Below are positions 29,681 through 39,408 of a stretch of DNA of 64,000 nucleotides, piece by piece (within the stretch, counting starts at the first letter, position 1; each line of letters begins with the position of its first letter). The notes under the pieces are model-generated. The model ran no database searches and had not been told where the DNA came from. It saw only the letters and a program-made list of their open reading frames with translations. A program made the translations under genes and the position numbers. This stretch comes from a candidate division WWE3 bacterium UBA1379 (GTDB lineage Bacteria; Patescibacteriota; WWE3; UBA101185; UBA10185): assembly GCA_002305475.1 (NCBI GenBank), contig DBRB01000016.1:14002-78001 (forward strand). Direction: 5' to 3'.

Positions 29681-30400
29681 ATGAAAGAAACTACAAATAA
29701 AATGATCATTCTACTAATTGCAATACTAATTATCTTAGGAGTTATCTATTTTATTAATTCACAAAACAAACATAATTCCGCTGAATCACAAAGAAACTCT
29801 GTAGCAGAAACAGAAAGCAATACAATACAGGAAAAAGAACAGGTTAATCCAACACCAAATCCTACCGTACAATCAAAAAAACAATATTCAAGTGCTCCTC
29901 AAATGGCAATAGATACAAACAAAAAATATCAGGCATTACTCAAAACAAATAAAGGTGATATAAAAGTGGATCTATTTGCCAACAGTACTCCAATTACTGT
30001 TAATAACTTTGTATTTCTTGCCAATGAAGGTTTTTATAATCAAACAAAATTCCACCGCATAATAAAGGATTTTATGATTCAGGGCGGTGACCCCCAGGGT
30101 ACAGGTATGGGGGGACCCGGATATAGATTTGATGATGAACCTTTTACCGGAGAGTATGAAGCAGGAACTATTGCTATGGCTAATGCAGGACCTAATACCA
30201 ACGGAAGCCAGTTTTTTATCATGCACAAAAACTACCCATTACCTAAAAACTATGTGATTTTCGGTAAAGCTTCCGACCCACAGAGTTTAAGCGTTATCGA
30301 CACAATAGCCAACACACCAACAAGAGTTGGTCCCTCAGGCGAAAAATCACAACCGATGGAAGATATCATTCTGCAGAGCGTAACAATTATTACCGAATAG
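29681..30400 (+). CDS. Cyclophilin-type peptidyl-prolyl cis-trans isomerase with an N-terminal membrane anchor.
   Basis: Cyclophilin core: FHRIIKDFMIQGGDPQGTGMGGPGY ... GTIAMANAGPNTNGSQFFI. N-terminal hydrophobic helix. Confidence 0.9.
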   Translation: MKETTNKMIILLIAILIILGVIYFINSQNKHNSAESQRNSVAETESNTIQEKEQVNPTPNPTVQSKKQYSSAPQMAIDTNKKYQALLKTNKGDIKVDLFANSTPITVNNFVFLANEGFYNQTKFHRIIKDFMIQGGDPQGTGMGGPGYRFDDEPFTGEYEAGTIAMANAGPNTNGSQFFIMHKNYPLPKNYVIFGKASDPQSLSVIDTIANTPTRVGPSGEKSQPMEDIILQSVTIITE

Positions 30401-30407
30401 ATTTAAT

Positions 30408-31154
30408 TTAGAATTTTCCGAATTCAGGTTTAATAACCTCGTTAGTAGCTTGTACACCTTTTGTATGGTAATAAAGACCTGCTTTGAATTGTTTTTTAAT
30501 AAATCCGGCCCGCCCTTCTTTATCCAGACGTCTGACGGAAAAATGAATTCCTGGTTTTCTTAATATATCAAAAGAATACCCTGCTTTATGAAGTCTTTTT
30601 GTCAGATCAAAATCCTCAGCAAAAGTAATTTTCTTATCGAATCCGCTCACACTTAAAAACGGTTCTTTACGGCAGTAAATAAATATTCCCGTAGCTCCTG
30701 GCTGAAATTTCTTCATCCCTTCAAGATAAAATACATTGTATGCGCCAAACATCAACTTATCCACCAGTTTTTTGGACATGGGAATATTCCACGCTGTTAA
30801 TGAATCTGGATTACTGCGACGCACTTTATTAGCGAGTTTTTCCATAAATTCAGGGACAGGTTTAACATCCGCATCAAAAAATACCAGGTGGTCATATTTT
30901 GCATTTTGGGCACCGATATTTCTCTGAACAGACTGGTTTCTTATTCCTGACTGCAAAACCCGTACATCAATTCTTCCTTTAAACTCTAAAACTTTATCAA
31001 TGGTGGCGTCATCTGAATTCCCATCCACCACAATCACCTCAAAATCGTTATACGTCTGCTGCGTCAATGCCTGAAGCAGGATACCGATATAATTCTCTTC
31101 ATTTAAAGTAGGAATAATAATACTAAACTGTAATTGCGATTTATTATGACTCAT
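30408..31154 (-). CDS. Family-2 glycosyltransferase (dolichyl/polyprenyl-phosphate sugar transferase-like).
   Basis: FSIIIPTLNEENYIGILLQAL ... VIVVDGNSDD ... FFDADV: GT2 DxD architecture in 248 aa. Confidence 0.7.
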   Translation of the reverse strand: MSHNKSQLQFSIIIPTLNEENYIGILLQALTQQTYNDFEVIVVDGNSDDATIDKVLEFKGRIDVRVLQSGIRNQSVQRNIGAQNAKYDHLVFFDADVKPVPEFMEKLANKVRRSNPDSLTAWNIPMSKKLVDKLMFGAYNVFYLEGMKKFQPGATGIFIYCRKEPFLSVSGFDKKITFAEDFDLTKRLHKAGYSFDILRKPGIHFSVRRLDKEGRAGFIKKQFKAGLYYHTKGVQATNEVIKPEFGKF

Positions 31155-31911
31155 ACAATATTTTATAAACCTCCAGCCATTTTGAAGCAGGAAGATCCTG
31201 TGGTCTTGCCTGTCCGTTTATATCGGCTTTCGCCAGTTCTTCCTTCGAAAATACTTTGTTTAACATCTTGCGCGGACTGGCAAATCCCCTATGCAAAAAA
31301 CCCTCATACTTTCTCATGATTTCTCTGTCTATAGTTACGTTAGCTTTTCTTTTGAGTTTAATTATACCGCCATCCACGTCAGGCTGTGGATCAAATTTCT
31401 TTCTGTCCACTTTTCCCATGTATATAACATCAAAAAATGTCTGAACAATTACCGATAAGTAGGAGCTGTCCGGTGCGGTGGCAGCTATCTTTTCTGCTAC
31501 TTCTTTTTGGACCATAAACACACAAACCTCCGGATGTTTTTCCATTTTAACAACGGCATGCAGTATTGGGGATGTGATATAAAAGGGCAGGGATCCGATA
31601 ATTTTAAACGGCTTTTCGGTTTTAAATCCAGGTAACCAGTCCAAAATATTCGCTTCAATAATTTCTACGTTAAAATTTCCAATACAGAGATTTTTCAGAT
31701 TTTCTATCACCCGTTTATCCAGTTCAACTGCATACACTTGATAAGTAGCTGCGTCATACTTTTTAACCAGAAGACTGGTTAAAGAACCAAGACCGGGACC
31801 GATCTCTACCACAGTATCCGTTGAAACAAGCTCTAATGCGTCTGTCATCTTTTGAGCAACAGACTGGTCAGTTAAAAAATTCTGGCCGAGTGATTTCAGC
31901 GCTTTGATCAT
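31144..31911 (-). CDS. rsmA: 16S rRNA (adenine1518/1519-N6)-dimethyltransferase KsgA/RsmA.
   Basis: LGQNFLTDQSVAQKM ... VVEIGPGLGSLT: SAM-binding motif and KsgA N-terminus; 255 aa. Confidence 0.88.
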   Translation of the reverse strand: MIKALKSLGQNFLTDQSVAQKMTDALELVSTDTVVEIGPGLGSLTSLLVKKYDAATYQVYAVELDKRVIENLKNLCIGNFNVEIIEANILDWLPGFKTEKPFKIIGSLPFYITSPILHAVVKMEKHPEVCVFMVQKEVAEKIAATAPDSSYLSVIVQTFFDVIYMGKVDRKKFDPQPDVDGGIIKLKRKANVTIDREIMRKYEGFLHRGFASPRKMLNKVFSKEELAKADINGQARPQDLPASKWLEVYKILYES

Positions 31912-31949
31912 TTATATTATTATATCTTTTTTGATAATATACTGCAGAA

Positions 31950-32438
31950 ATGAATAATATATACATAGCCCTGGAAAATTTAAGAAGCCTATACAACATC
32001 GGAGCAATCTTTAGAACATGCAGTTTTTATGGAATAAAAAATGTCCTTCTTATCGGATACTCTGGAAGAAATTTCAATACAAAGAGTCAACCAATATTAC
32101 ATGAGGACATCAGCAAAAGTTCTCTGGGAACAGAGAAGGATCTGAATATACAATTCCTAGATGACAGTAAAGAACTAATTAAATTTGCCAAAGACAAAAA
32201 ACTAAAAATCACGGCAATAGAACAACATGAAAAATCCATAAATTTAACAGAATGGATACCTCAGGAAAATGAAATTATTGTTTTTGGAAATGAGAGAGAG
32301 GGGATCAGTAGTGAACTTTTAAAGTGCGTTGATCAGATAGTAGAAATAGAAAAATACGGTATTCACAACTCATTAAATGTCACTACATCTTGTGGGATTG
32401 TACTTTATGAATTAACAAATGAATTAATAAAGAATTAG
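31950..32438 (+). CDS. SpoU/TrmH-family RNA 2'-O-methyltransferase.
   Basis: NIGAIFRTCSFYG ... VFGNEREGIS ... SLNVTTSCGIVLYEL are the SPOUT motifs; 162 aa. Confidence 0.7.
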   Translation: MNNIYIALENLRSLYNIGAIFRTCSFYGIKNVLLIGYSGRNFNTKSQPILHEDISKSSLGTEKDLNIQFLDDSKELIKFAKDKKLKITAIEQHEKSINLTEWIPQENEIIVFGNEREGISSELLKCVDQIVEIEKYGIHNSLNVTTSCGIVLYELTNELIKN

Positions 32439-33157
32439 TGAGGTTCATTAGTGAGTAGATATACGTCCACCCATCCTGTTCTCCAGGAACCTTTGGATAC
32501 ATCCTCATATCCTAAATCAATCATATTTCCCTTAATTCCTCCTCCGATGTCTTCCGCTCTACAGATTCCATATCCCGGTACATAGAAATTTGTTCCTAGG
32601 GCAATTGTTTTAGGATCTGTAGCACAGGTACCTTTCTTAACAGGAGTACCGCTGTAAGTTCTTCCGGTACAACCTAAACAATTCCCATCATATTTTGTTG
32701 CCCATACTTTAATCTTATGCCAGTACTTCACTCTGCCGTATTCCGTTCCTTCCAGTGTTCTCCAGACAATTTTGGTTCCCTTGGCAATAATTTCTTCAAT
32801 AGGATCAACAATTTCAGTAGATAGTAATTTCTTATCAATTACCTCATCCTCCCAGACTGTTAGAAGATATTTATAATACTTAGTACCGTTTTTCCCTTCC
32901 TGGACTGTTTCTTCCAACCCGTACTCCATATCATCATCTTCTTCATATTTTGTTTCAAAGGGGATTATTTCCTCTTCAGTGGTTTCTTTTTGTTCAAAGG
33001 CGGTGGTAGTTGTGATAACGGGAGAGAATTCTGAAATACCGGAAGCATCGGCAGCTAATGCATTATGGGATACACCCAACACATCCATCGGCATCTCAAC
33101 AAAGAGTTTTACTAAGGCAGCAGATAATAGCAATAAAAATACAGTAAGTTTTACCAC
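32435..33157 (-). CDS. Secreted 3D-domain protein (MltA/YuiC-like cell-wall-binding domain).
   Basis: Signal peptide, then a C-terminal 3D domain: GTCATDPKTIALGTNFYVPGYG ... AEDIGGGIKGNMIDL. Confidence 0.65.
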   Translation of the reverse strand: MVKLTVFLLLLSAALVKLFVEMPMDVLGVSHNALAADASGISEFSPVITTTTAFEQKETTEEEIIPFETKYEEDDDMEYGLEETVQEGKNGTKYYKYLLTVWEDEVIDKKLLSTEIVDPIEEIIAKGTKIVWRTLEGTEYGRVKYWHKIKVWATKYDGNCLGCTGRTYSGTPVKKGTCATDPKTIALGTNFYVPGYGICRAEDIGGGIKGNMIDLGYEDVSKGSWRTGWVDVYLLTNEPH

Positions 33158-33349
33158 AGATATATTATACTGATTTATCTGTACTGTTGGTTGGATGATT
33201 CTTTCATTCGAGTATCCAAATATTCAGAGTTCGTATCCCATTTGAGAGTATCTTTTAAGTTTGATGTATCGCCCCGACTTTTAACATAATAGAATATGAG
33301 AATATTTTCCAAACAAGAATCTCTGATACATCCTTCAGATTGAATGTTC

Positions 33350-34044
33350 TTATGACTTATCTTTAGGCAGAAAAGCCCTCGAAAATCTTTCCTGTTCATC
33401 TTCCGGAAAACCCGAAGCCCTAATAGCGTCACAGAATAGTTGGACACGTATCTGGCCATCCTCAGGTCGATAATAGTCTAACTTTTCCTCTGCATCTATT
33501 CTCTCATTCATTCGTCCTACATTGTAAGCATGTTGTAGTTCTTGCATTTCTCTTAAAGAGCGGGGCTCATGTAAAATTCTTGTTTCTGTTAAAAATTTTT
33601 CATAGGCATGCTCATCTACGACTTTTTCATATCGTAAAAATCGTTGCCCATACTCCCTTAATATATAGTGTTTAAGTATAGGAGATAATGATTCATTTGC
33701 AACCATATCTAAATATTCTTTTTCTAAGTCATATTGAATGGGAGTATTACGAAGTAAATCAGCTAAAAACTGCACTCGTAAATAAGCCTGTGGAAAACCT
33801 TCTTCATTAGCATCAACAATAAGAGTTTGAAGAGATCTATGTAAACGATAATATTCGGATTCAGCACCCCTACGATACTTCCTGGCAAAATTTGAAACAA
33901 GGTCTTTTGATTCATAACCGACAAAAGATCCTCAACAGATGAAGTAGGATCAGTTAATTTTTTTATTTGTAAATCAGTACTTTCATCGCGAACATTTTGC
34001 TCAACAGAAGACCTTTCATAAGAATTTGGGAAACCTTTATTCAT
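33350..34044 (-). pseudogene. Hypothetical protein gene that appears to be interrupted by a -1/+2 frameshift, read across two overlapping ORFs.
   Basis: The ORF from the ATG at 34044 decays into low-complexity LLLLMLMKK text before its stop at 33763. The ORF ending at 33350 stays open and protein-like for about 40 codons upstream of its annotated GTG at 33775 (KYRRGAESEYYRLHRSLQTLIVDANEEGFPQAYLRVQFLADLL). Confidence 0.4.
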
Positions 34045-34118
34045 GTAATAAAAATAACATAATATTAAAGTACTTTACAATACAAAATGAATTTAAATAC
34101 TATAAACGAAAATAAAAA

Positions 34119-34141
34119 CCCTGCATAAATTTCATGCAGGG
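34119..34141 (-). terminator. Rho-independent terminator of the 34132..34506 gene.
   Basis: CCCTGCAT-aaatttc-ATGCAGGG palindromic stem, with a T-run on the minus strand (reverse complement of AAAATAAAAA). Confidence 0.6.
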
Positions 34142-34506
34142 TTAACGGATTGCCATCCAGTAAGCCAAGAACGAGTCATATCATGTTGAATACTAATTGT
34201 TACTATATATTCTACATATTCACTCTCCTCACTTTTTGCAATCAATACATTGATAAACTTTGCTTTTACTTGCTGAGTACGATTAAACTCAGCTAATACG
34301 CTTGCAATAGCTTCCTCAAGATACCTTTCATTCGTAGCAGTCGGGCGTTTTATTTGAGTCAATATATAATCAGGTATGCCAAAACTGACGTGATAAGACT
34401 TCTTTCCAATATCAAGATCTTTCCCATAATAAATCACATAGGTAAACGATTTTAATAGTAGGTCCCAGAATGCTTTCTCCCAGGGGTCTAACCTCTGAGC
34501 AGCCAT
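34132..34506 (-). CDS. Hypothetical protein.
   Basis: 124-aa ORF with a terminator directly downstream. Confidence 0.3.
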   Translation of the reverse strand: MAAQRLDPWEKAFWDLLLKSFTYVIYYGKDLDIGKKSYHVSFGIPDYILTQIKRPTATNERYLEEAIASVLAEFNRTQQVKAKFINVLIAKSEESEYVEYIVTISIQHDMTRSWLTGWQSVNPA

Positions 34507-34541
34507 GATGTATCTCCTTTCAACAGTAACGACTCTTAATG

Positions 34542-36482
34542 TTAATCCCAGCTAAAATTCTTCCTATCGTACTCCAAATTGTCCAAAAAATCATCCGTGC
34601 TTTTTTTTGAACGCCCAAATGTATTCTCCCGATCATTAACACCCATATATCCTTTGTTTTCTAAGAGATTCTCCGGTATTTCACTTAAGAATCTGCTGGG
34701 CATATTGGATTGAATACTTCCGAAATACAAACGGGATCTGGCCTGAGTGAGATACACCTGTGTCATGGCTCTGGTAATTGCTACATAACACAACCTTCGT
34801 TCTTCCTCTAATTGTTCCAATTCCATCAGTGATTGCATATGAGGAAATAGACCTTCTTCCATTCCGACAATAAATACAATTGGAAATTCCAATCCTTTTG
34901 ATGCATGAATAGTCATTAAAGTTACGACATTTAGATCCGTGGTATTTGGTTTATCCGAGCTTTCTATTAATGCAACATTTTCCAGAAATTCTTCAAGGTT
35001 TAAAAACTGTGTGGCAACTGATCTTAATTCTTGGATGTTTTCAATTCTGATCTTGTTTTCTTCAGTCCCGTCATTTAACCAGCGGATATACCCGGTTGTT
35101 TCCAATACTTCATCCAATAGTTCAATTGTCGCCAAAGATTCTTTTTTTTCTATCCATTTTGAGATTGGAAGTTTTGTCTTTTCTTCAATTTCGATTAGAT
35201 TCCAGTCATGTTCTTTAATAGTTTCCACACCCTTTTTTCCAATCCCTCTGGGAGGAACATTAATAATTCTTTCCCAGCTGACACTGTCTTTGGGATTATG
35301 AATCACTCTTAAATATGCAATAACATCCTTGATTTCTTTACGGGCATAAAATCTCTGACCTCCCACAATTTTATAGGGAATATTATTTCTGATTAAAGTT
35401 TCTTCAATGTTTCGGGACTGGGCATTAGTCCTGTATAAAACCGCCATATCTTTATACTCATAACCGTTTTCAATCTGGTTGATTATTTCATCTGCCACAA
35501 ATTGAGCTTCCTCTTTTTCTGAAGCTGCCCTGAAATTCAGTATCTTATTACCCATTCCGTTTTCCGTCCATAAATCTAAGGGGATGTGAGAGCTGTTATT
35601 TTTAATCACATGCTTAGCCGCATCCAGAATAGTCTGGGTTGATCTGTAATTCTGCTCAAGATTATAAACTGCAGCGCCGGGATAATCTTTCTGAAAGTTA
35701 AGAATATTTCTGTAATCAGCACCTCTGAATGAATAAATTGCCTGGGACATATCTCCCACCACAAACAGATTGTTGTATGCCTGAGCTAGAAGTTTAGTCA
35801 GAACATACTGCGCTTTATTTGTATCCTGATATTCATCGACTAAAAGATAACGAAGACGATCCTGATACTTTCCCAACACTTTAGAGTTTTCCAGAAAGAC
35901 TTTAACCGTCTCCACCAAAAGATCATCAAAATCCAACGCTTCATTTTTTCTTAATCTCTTCTGATACTCAGGGTAGATTTTTGCAACAGTTCTTTGAAAA
36001 TATCCATGGGCATATTTTTCATAATCGGAAGGAGAAATAAGCTCTGACTTGGCACTGGAAATGGTTGCTGAAACTGCATGAGGATTGATTTTTTTAGGAT
36101 CAATTCCAAAATCCTTACTTATTTCCTTAATGATAGATAATTGATCATCAGTATCATAAATTACATAGGAAGGAGGTATACCTGTATGATAACCGTCTTT
36201 TCTAAGAATTCGGGAACAGATAGAGTGAAATGTTCCCGCCCATGAGAGATTTAACTTTACTCTGCTTTTAATTTCACCCGCCGCCTTATTGGTAAAAGTT
36301 ACACAAAGAATACTGGTTTCGTCCGCCAAACCTTCATTAATTAAATATCCAACCCGATGAGTCAATACTCTGGTTTTACCACTTCCGGGACCCGCTACCA
36401 CAAGAGCAGGACCATCAGTATGCATAACTGCTTTTGTCTGAGCAGGATTTAAACCGGCAAAAAATTGTTCTGTCACAGGCAT
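34542..36482 (-). CDS. ATP-dependent DNA helicase, UvrD/PcrA family.
   Basis: LNPAQTKAV ... VVAGPGSGKTRVLTHR ... LLVDEYQDTN ... VVGDMSQAIYSFRGA ... TIHASKGLEFP ... YVAITRA; 646 aa. Confidence 0.9.
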   Translation of the reverse strand: MPVTEQFFAGLNPAQTKAVMHTDGPALVVAGPGSGKTRVLTHRVGYLINEGLADETSILCVTFTNKAAGEIKSRVKLNLSWAGTFHSICSRILRKDGYHTGIPPSYVIYDTDDQLSIIKEISKDFGIDPKKINPHAVSATISSAKSELISPSDYEKYAHGYFQRTVAKIYPEYQKRLRKNEALDFDDLLVETVKVFLENSKVLGKYQDRLRYLLVDEYQDTNKAQYVLTKLLAQAYNNLFVVGDMSQAIYSFRGADYRNILNFQKDYPGAAVYNLEQNYRSTQTILDAAKHVIKNNSSHIPLDLWTENGMGNKILNFRAASEKEEAQFVADEIINQIENGYEYKDMAVLYRTNAQSRNIEETLIRNNIPYKIVGGQRFYARKEIKDVIAYLRVIHNPKDSVSWERIINVPPRGIGKKGVETIKEHDWNLIEIEEKTKLPISKWIEKKESLATIELLDEVLETTGYIRWLNDGTEENKIRIENIQELRSVATQFLNLEEFLENVALIESSDKPNTTDLNVVTLMTIHASKGLEFPIVFIVGMEEGLFPHMQSLMELEQLEEERRLCYVAITRAMTQVYLTQARSRLYFGSIQSNMPSRFLSEIPENLLENKGYMGVNDRENTFGRSKKSTDDFLDNLEYDRKNFSWD

Positions 36483-36525
36483 GAGGGTATGATATCACGA
36501 ACTTAGAAACACAAATTTATAATAC

Positions 36526-36560
36526 AAAAAGCCCTAAGATTGTGTACCTTAAGGCTTTTT
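36526..36560. terminator. Bidirectional terminator-like hairpin between the 36570 ORF and the helicase gene.
   Basis: AAAAAGCCCTAAG-attgtgtac-CTTAAGGCTTTTT: 9-bp stem with one mismatch, A-run before and T-run after. Confidence 0.5.
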
Positions 36561-36569
36561 CCTGGTTAG

Positions 36570-36935
36570 TTATACTGCCCGAATAACGCAATATGCACAG
36601 ATTCTTTTCGATCCATCCAATAATTTTATTTCCTTAAAATAAACGATTTTCCTCAGTGTGAAACAGGAAGCAACCACAACGCCTAACGTAGGATCCCATT
36701 GATCCATTTTATTAAACATAAAAAGCTCTTGCGCGGTTTCTTTATGTTTCCCGACTATTGCTTTTTCATTGGCACTATATACATCAAGATATGCATCGTA
36801 AAAGATAAGCTCGTTTCTTTCTGATGTCATCAATTCTATTTCAGTAAGTTGCACTACAGTACCCAACGGTAAAATTCCCCAGCCGAAGAATTTAGTAAGC
36901 ATACCTTTAAACCAAGAAAGAATGTGGGCAAACAT
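36570..36935 (-). CDS. Hypothetical protein.
   Basis: 121-aa ORF. Confidence 0.3.
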   Translation of the reverse strand: MFAHILSWFKGMLTKFFGWGILPLGTVVQLTEIELMTSERNELIFYDAYLDVYSANEKAIVGKHKETAQELFMFNKMDQWDPTLGVVVASCFTLRKIVYFKEIKLLDGSKRICAYCVIRAV

Positions 36936-37004
36936 CTTGATATACTCCTTTCTTTAGGGGATGGAATAGTTGCATTATACAACAAGTATTATAGTTTTTG
37001 TTTG

Positions 37005-38006
37005 TTAATAGTCCAATAGGTGGTGGACAACATTTACACCCAGACTGGCAAACCCGTGATCCAGCATTAAAATCATATCTCCTTTCCTATCTATACTATT
37101 AAGAACCACACCAACTACATCCTTACCCTCATTGCTGGCATATGTGATCAGACATAAACCGGCTTCCTCCGTGTACCCGGTTTTTACTCCAGCTACTCCC
37201 GGATATGTGGTTAATAAATTAGTCTGATTCTGCAAATAAAGATATTTATGAGTATTCCCTGATATTTCATATTCATATGTTTTAACTATTTCTTTAAAGA
37301 GGGGGTTTTTTAATGCATATCTGGTTAATCTGATCAGATCTGACGGTGTGCTGTATGTACGGTCATCTAATCCGCTGGGATCCGCATAATAAGTGTCATT
37401 CATTCCCAACTCTTCCGCTTTAATATTCATCCATTCTACAAAACGATCCGCATCACCTGCCGTTCCCTCCGCTATAGCATATGCTGCGTCATTTCCCGAG
37501 TGCATCACCAGCCCATATAACAATTCCTCCAGAGTATATACTTCCCCTTCGCTTATCCCCATTGAGTTTTCTCCGATTCCGGCTGCCTTTGCACTGATAT
37601 AAAATTTATCTTCCGGTTTTTTATGTTCTAAGGCTACGACTGCTGTCATCACTTTAGTGAGACTGGCAATTTTTCTTTTTTCAAAAGCATTCTTTTCAAA
37701 TAATACTTTTCCTGAATTAATATCTACCAACATTCCAGAAGCACCGATTATTTCCGGTTGGTTTGCCGTTCCAAAATGCTCCCCAAACTGCCATGTTGTA
37801 TCTGGTTCGAAATAGTTAAGCAAAGTTTTATCGTAATGTTCCCTACTGCTTCCCTTCAACAAAGTGACAAACCCTGCAACAAAATCGGATGGGTTTTTAT
37901 TGTTACGATTTACCAGAAAATTACAAAACACAGATGCAAGCATGAGTAAAAATGCAAGACAAATCAGGAAAAAAACAAGTTTTACGGGTTTGTGTTCATT
38001 AGACAT
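37005..38006 (-). CDS. D-alanyl-D-alanine carboxypeptidase (peptidase S11, PBP5-like), membrane-anchored.
   Basis: SxxK (ASLTKVMT), SxN (HSGND) and KTG (KTGYT) motifs in the right order; N-terminal TM. Confidence 0.85.
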   Translation of the reverse strand: MSNEHKPVKLVFFLICLAFLLMLASVFCNFLVNRNNKNPSDFVAGFVTLLKGSSREHYDKTLLNYFEPDTTWQFGEHFGTANQPEIIGASGMLVDINSGKVLFEKNAFEKRKIASLTKVMTAVVALEHKKPEDKFYISAKAAGIGENSMGISEGEVYTLEELLYGLVMHSGNDAAYAIAEGTAGDADRFVEWMNIKAEELGMNDTYYADPSGLDDRTYSTPSDLIRLTRYALKNPLFKEIVKTYEYEISGNTHKYLYLQNQTNLLTTYPGVAGVKTGYTEEAGLCLITYASNEGKDVVGVVLNSIDRKGDMILMLDHGFASLGVNVVHHLLDY

Positions 38007-38079
38007 AGAAAAGCAAATTTTATGCTATCATATTATCGAAACCCAGTGTATAAGTTTCCTAGCTTAGGAGGCAAAAAAA

Positions 38080-38343
38080 ATGATTCAATTACTAGACTTT
38101 TATGCTGATTGGTGCGGACCTTGCCAGGTAATGAAACCAATCTTTAAAGAAGTGGAGAAAGAGTATGAAGGCAGGGTGGAATTTAAACAGATTGACGTTG
38201 AAGCGGAAGGTGCACTAGCACAGGAGTTTGGAGTCATGAGCATTCCAACCTTTGTCATTATAAAAGAAGGAAAAGAAGTATCCCGAAAGCTGGGAGCAAT
38301 GCCTAAAGATGTGCTAAAAAGCTGGATTGATGCACATCTCTAA
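38080..38343 (+). CDS. trxA: Thioredoxin.
   Basis: WCGPC active site, 87 aa. GGAGG RBS. Confidence 0.9.
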   Translation: MIQLLDFYADWCGPCQVMKPIFKEVEKEYEGRVEFKQIDVEAEGALAQEFGVMSIPTFVIIKEGKEVSRKLGAMPKDVLKSWIDAHL

Positions 38344-38349
38344 AAAATT

Positions 38350-39360
38350 ATGACTGCCCGAATAGCAATAAACGGTTTTGGTCGAATCGGCCGAGCCTCA
38401 TATAAAATAGCATTTGATAAACCCGACGTGGAAATTGTTGCCATTAATGATCTTACATCCCCGGAAATTCTTGTTCACCTATTAAAATATGATTCTGCAT
38501 ACGGAAGATATGGAAAGGATATTCGTTTGGAGGGTAATACCCTGGTTGTTAACGGGAAAAAGACTGTAATCACCGCAGAAAAAGATCCAGAAAAACTTCC
38601 CTGGAAAGATTTAAATGTGGATGTCGTTTTGGAATGTACAGGCAGGTTCACTCAGGATGATGCTGCCGTTGCACATATCAGAGCAGGAGCAAAAAAAGTT
38701 ATTGTCTCCGCTCCCACAAAAGGCGGGGAAACCCAGACATTTCTTAGGGGAGTAAATGATGAGCAGTACCTTGGTCAGAATGTAATTTCCAATGCATCGT
38801 GTACAACCAACTGTATTTCTCCCGTTGTGGCAGCCATACATGAAAAATTCAAGATAGTAAAATCAATCATGACTACAGTTCATGCTATTACTGCAGAACA
38901 GAATCTGGTAGACGGACCTCCACCTCCTTTGCACCCTGATTTAAGAAGAGCAAGAGCAGCCGGATACAATATGGTTCCTACTACTACCGGAGCAGCAAAA
39001 GCCACCACTTCTGTTATTCCAGAACTTAAAGGTTTATTTGACGGAATTTCCATCAGGGTACCTATTATTACGGGCTCTATTTCCGATATCACCATGCTCG
39101 TATCCAGAAAAACCACAGTGGAAGAGATAAACCAAGCATTAACCGAAGCAGCGGCAAATCCCAGATACAAAAACGTGATGACAGTCACTAACGAACCAAT
39201 CGTCTCTTCCGATATTGTTGGGTCACCTTTTTCAGCCATCTGTGATTTAAGCATGACCAAAGTTGTAGACGGAGATCTGGTGAAAGTACTGGCTTGGTAT
39301 GACAATGAATGGGGATACAGCAACAGACTGGTGGAAATGGCCCTTTTAGCTGCAGAATAA
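38350..39360 (+). CDS. gap: Glyceraldehyde-3-phosphate dehydrogenase (type I, phosphorylating).
   Basis: INGFGRIGR N-terminus and SNASCTTNC active-site motif; 336 aa. Confidence 0.95.
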   Translation: MTARIAINGFGRIGRASYKIAFDKPDVEIVAINDLTSPEILVHLLKYDSAYGRYGKDIRLEGNTLVVNGKKTVITAEKDPEKLPWKDLNVDVVLECTGRFTQDDAAVAHIRAGAKKVIVSAPTKGGETQTFLRGVNDEQYLGQNVISNASCTTNCISPVVAAIHEKFKIVKSIMTTVHAITAEQNLVDGPPPPLHPDLRRARAAGYNMVPTTTGAAKATTSVIPELKGLFDGISIRVPIITGSISDITMLVSRKTTVEEINQALTEAAANPRYKNVMTVTNEPIVSSDIVGSPFSAICDLSMTKVVDGDLVKVLAWYDNEWGYSNRLVEMALLAAE

Positions 39361-39408
39361 TCTTTTTTTAATACTTCACTCAAATCAGACAAGTGTTAAA
39401 ATCATAGT

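Noticed and set aside
33175-33459. 94-aa minus-strand ORF in a third frame at the 3' end of the frameshifted gene.
   Set aside because: It overlaps the more protein-like frame of 33350..33775 for 110 nt and has a less coherent translation. It is probably not coding; it could matter only if a second indel exists.
38880-39392. 170-aa minus-strand ORF.
   Set aside because: Antisense to gap, a near-certain real gene; it has no motifs, so it is a shadow ORF.
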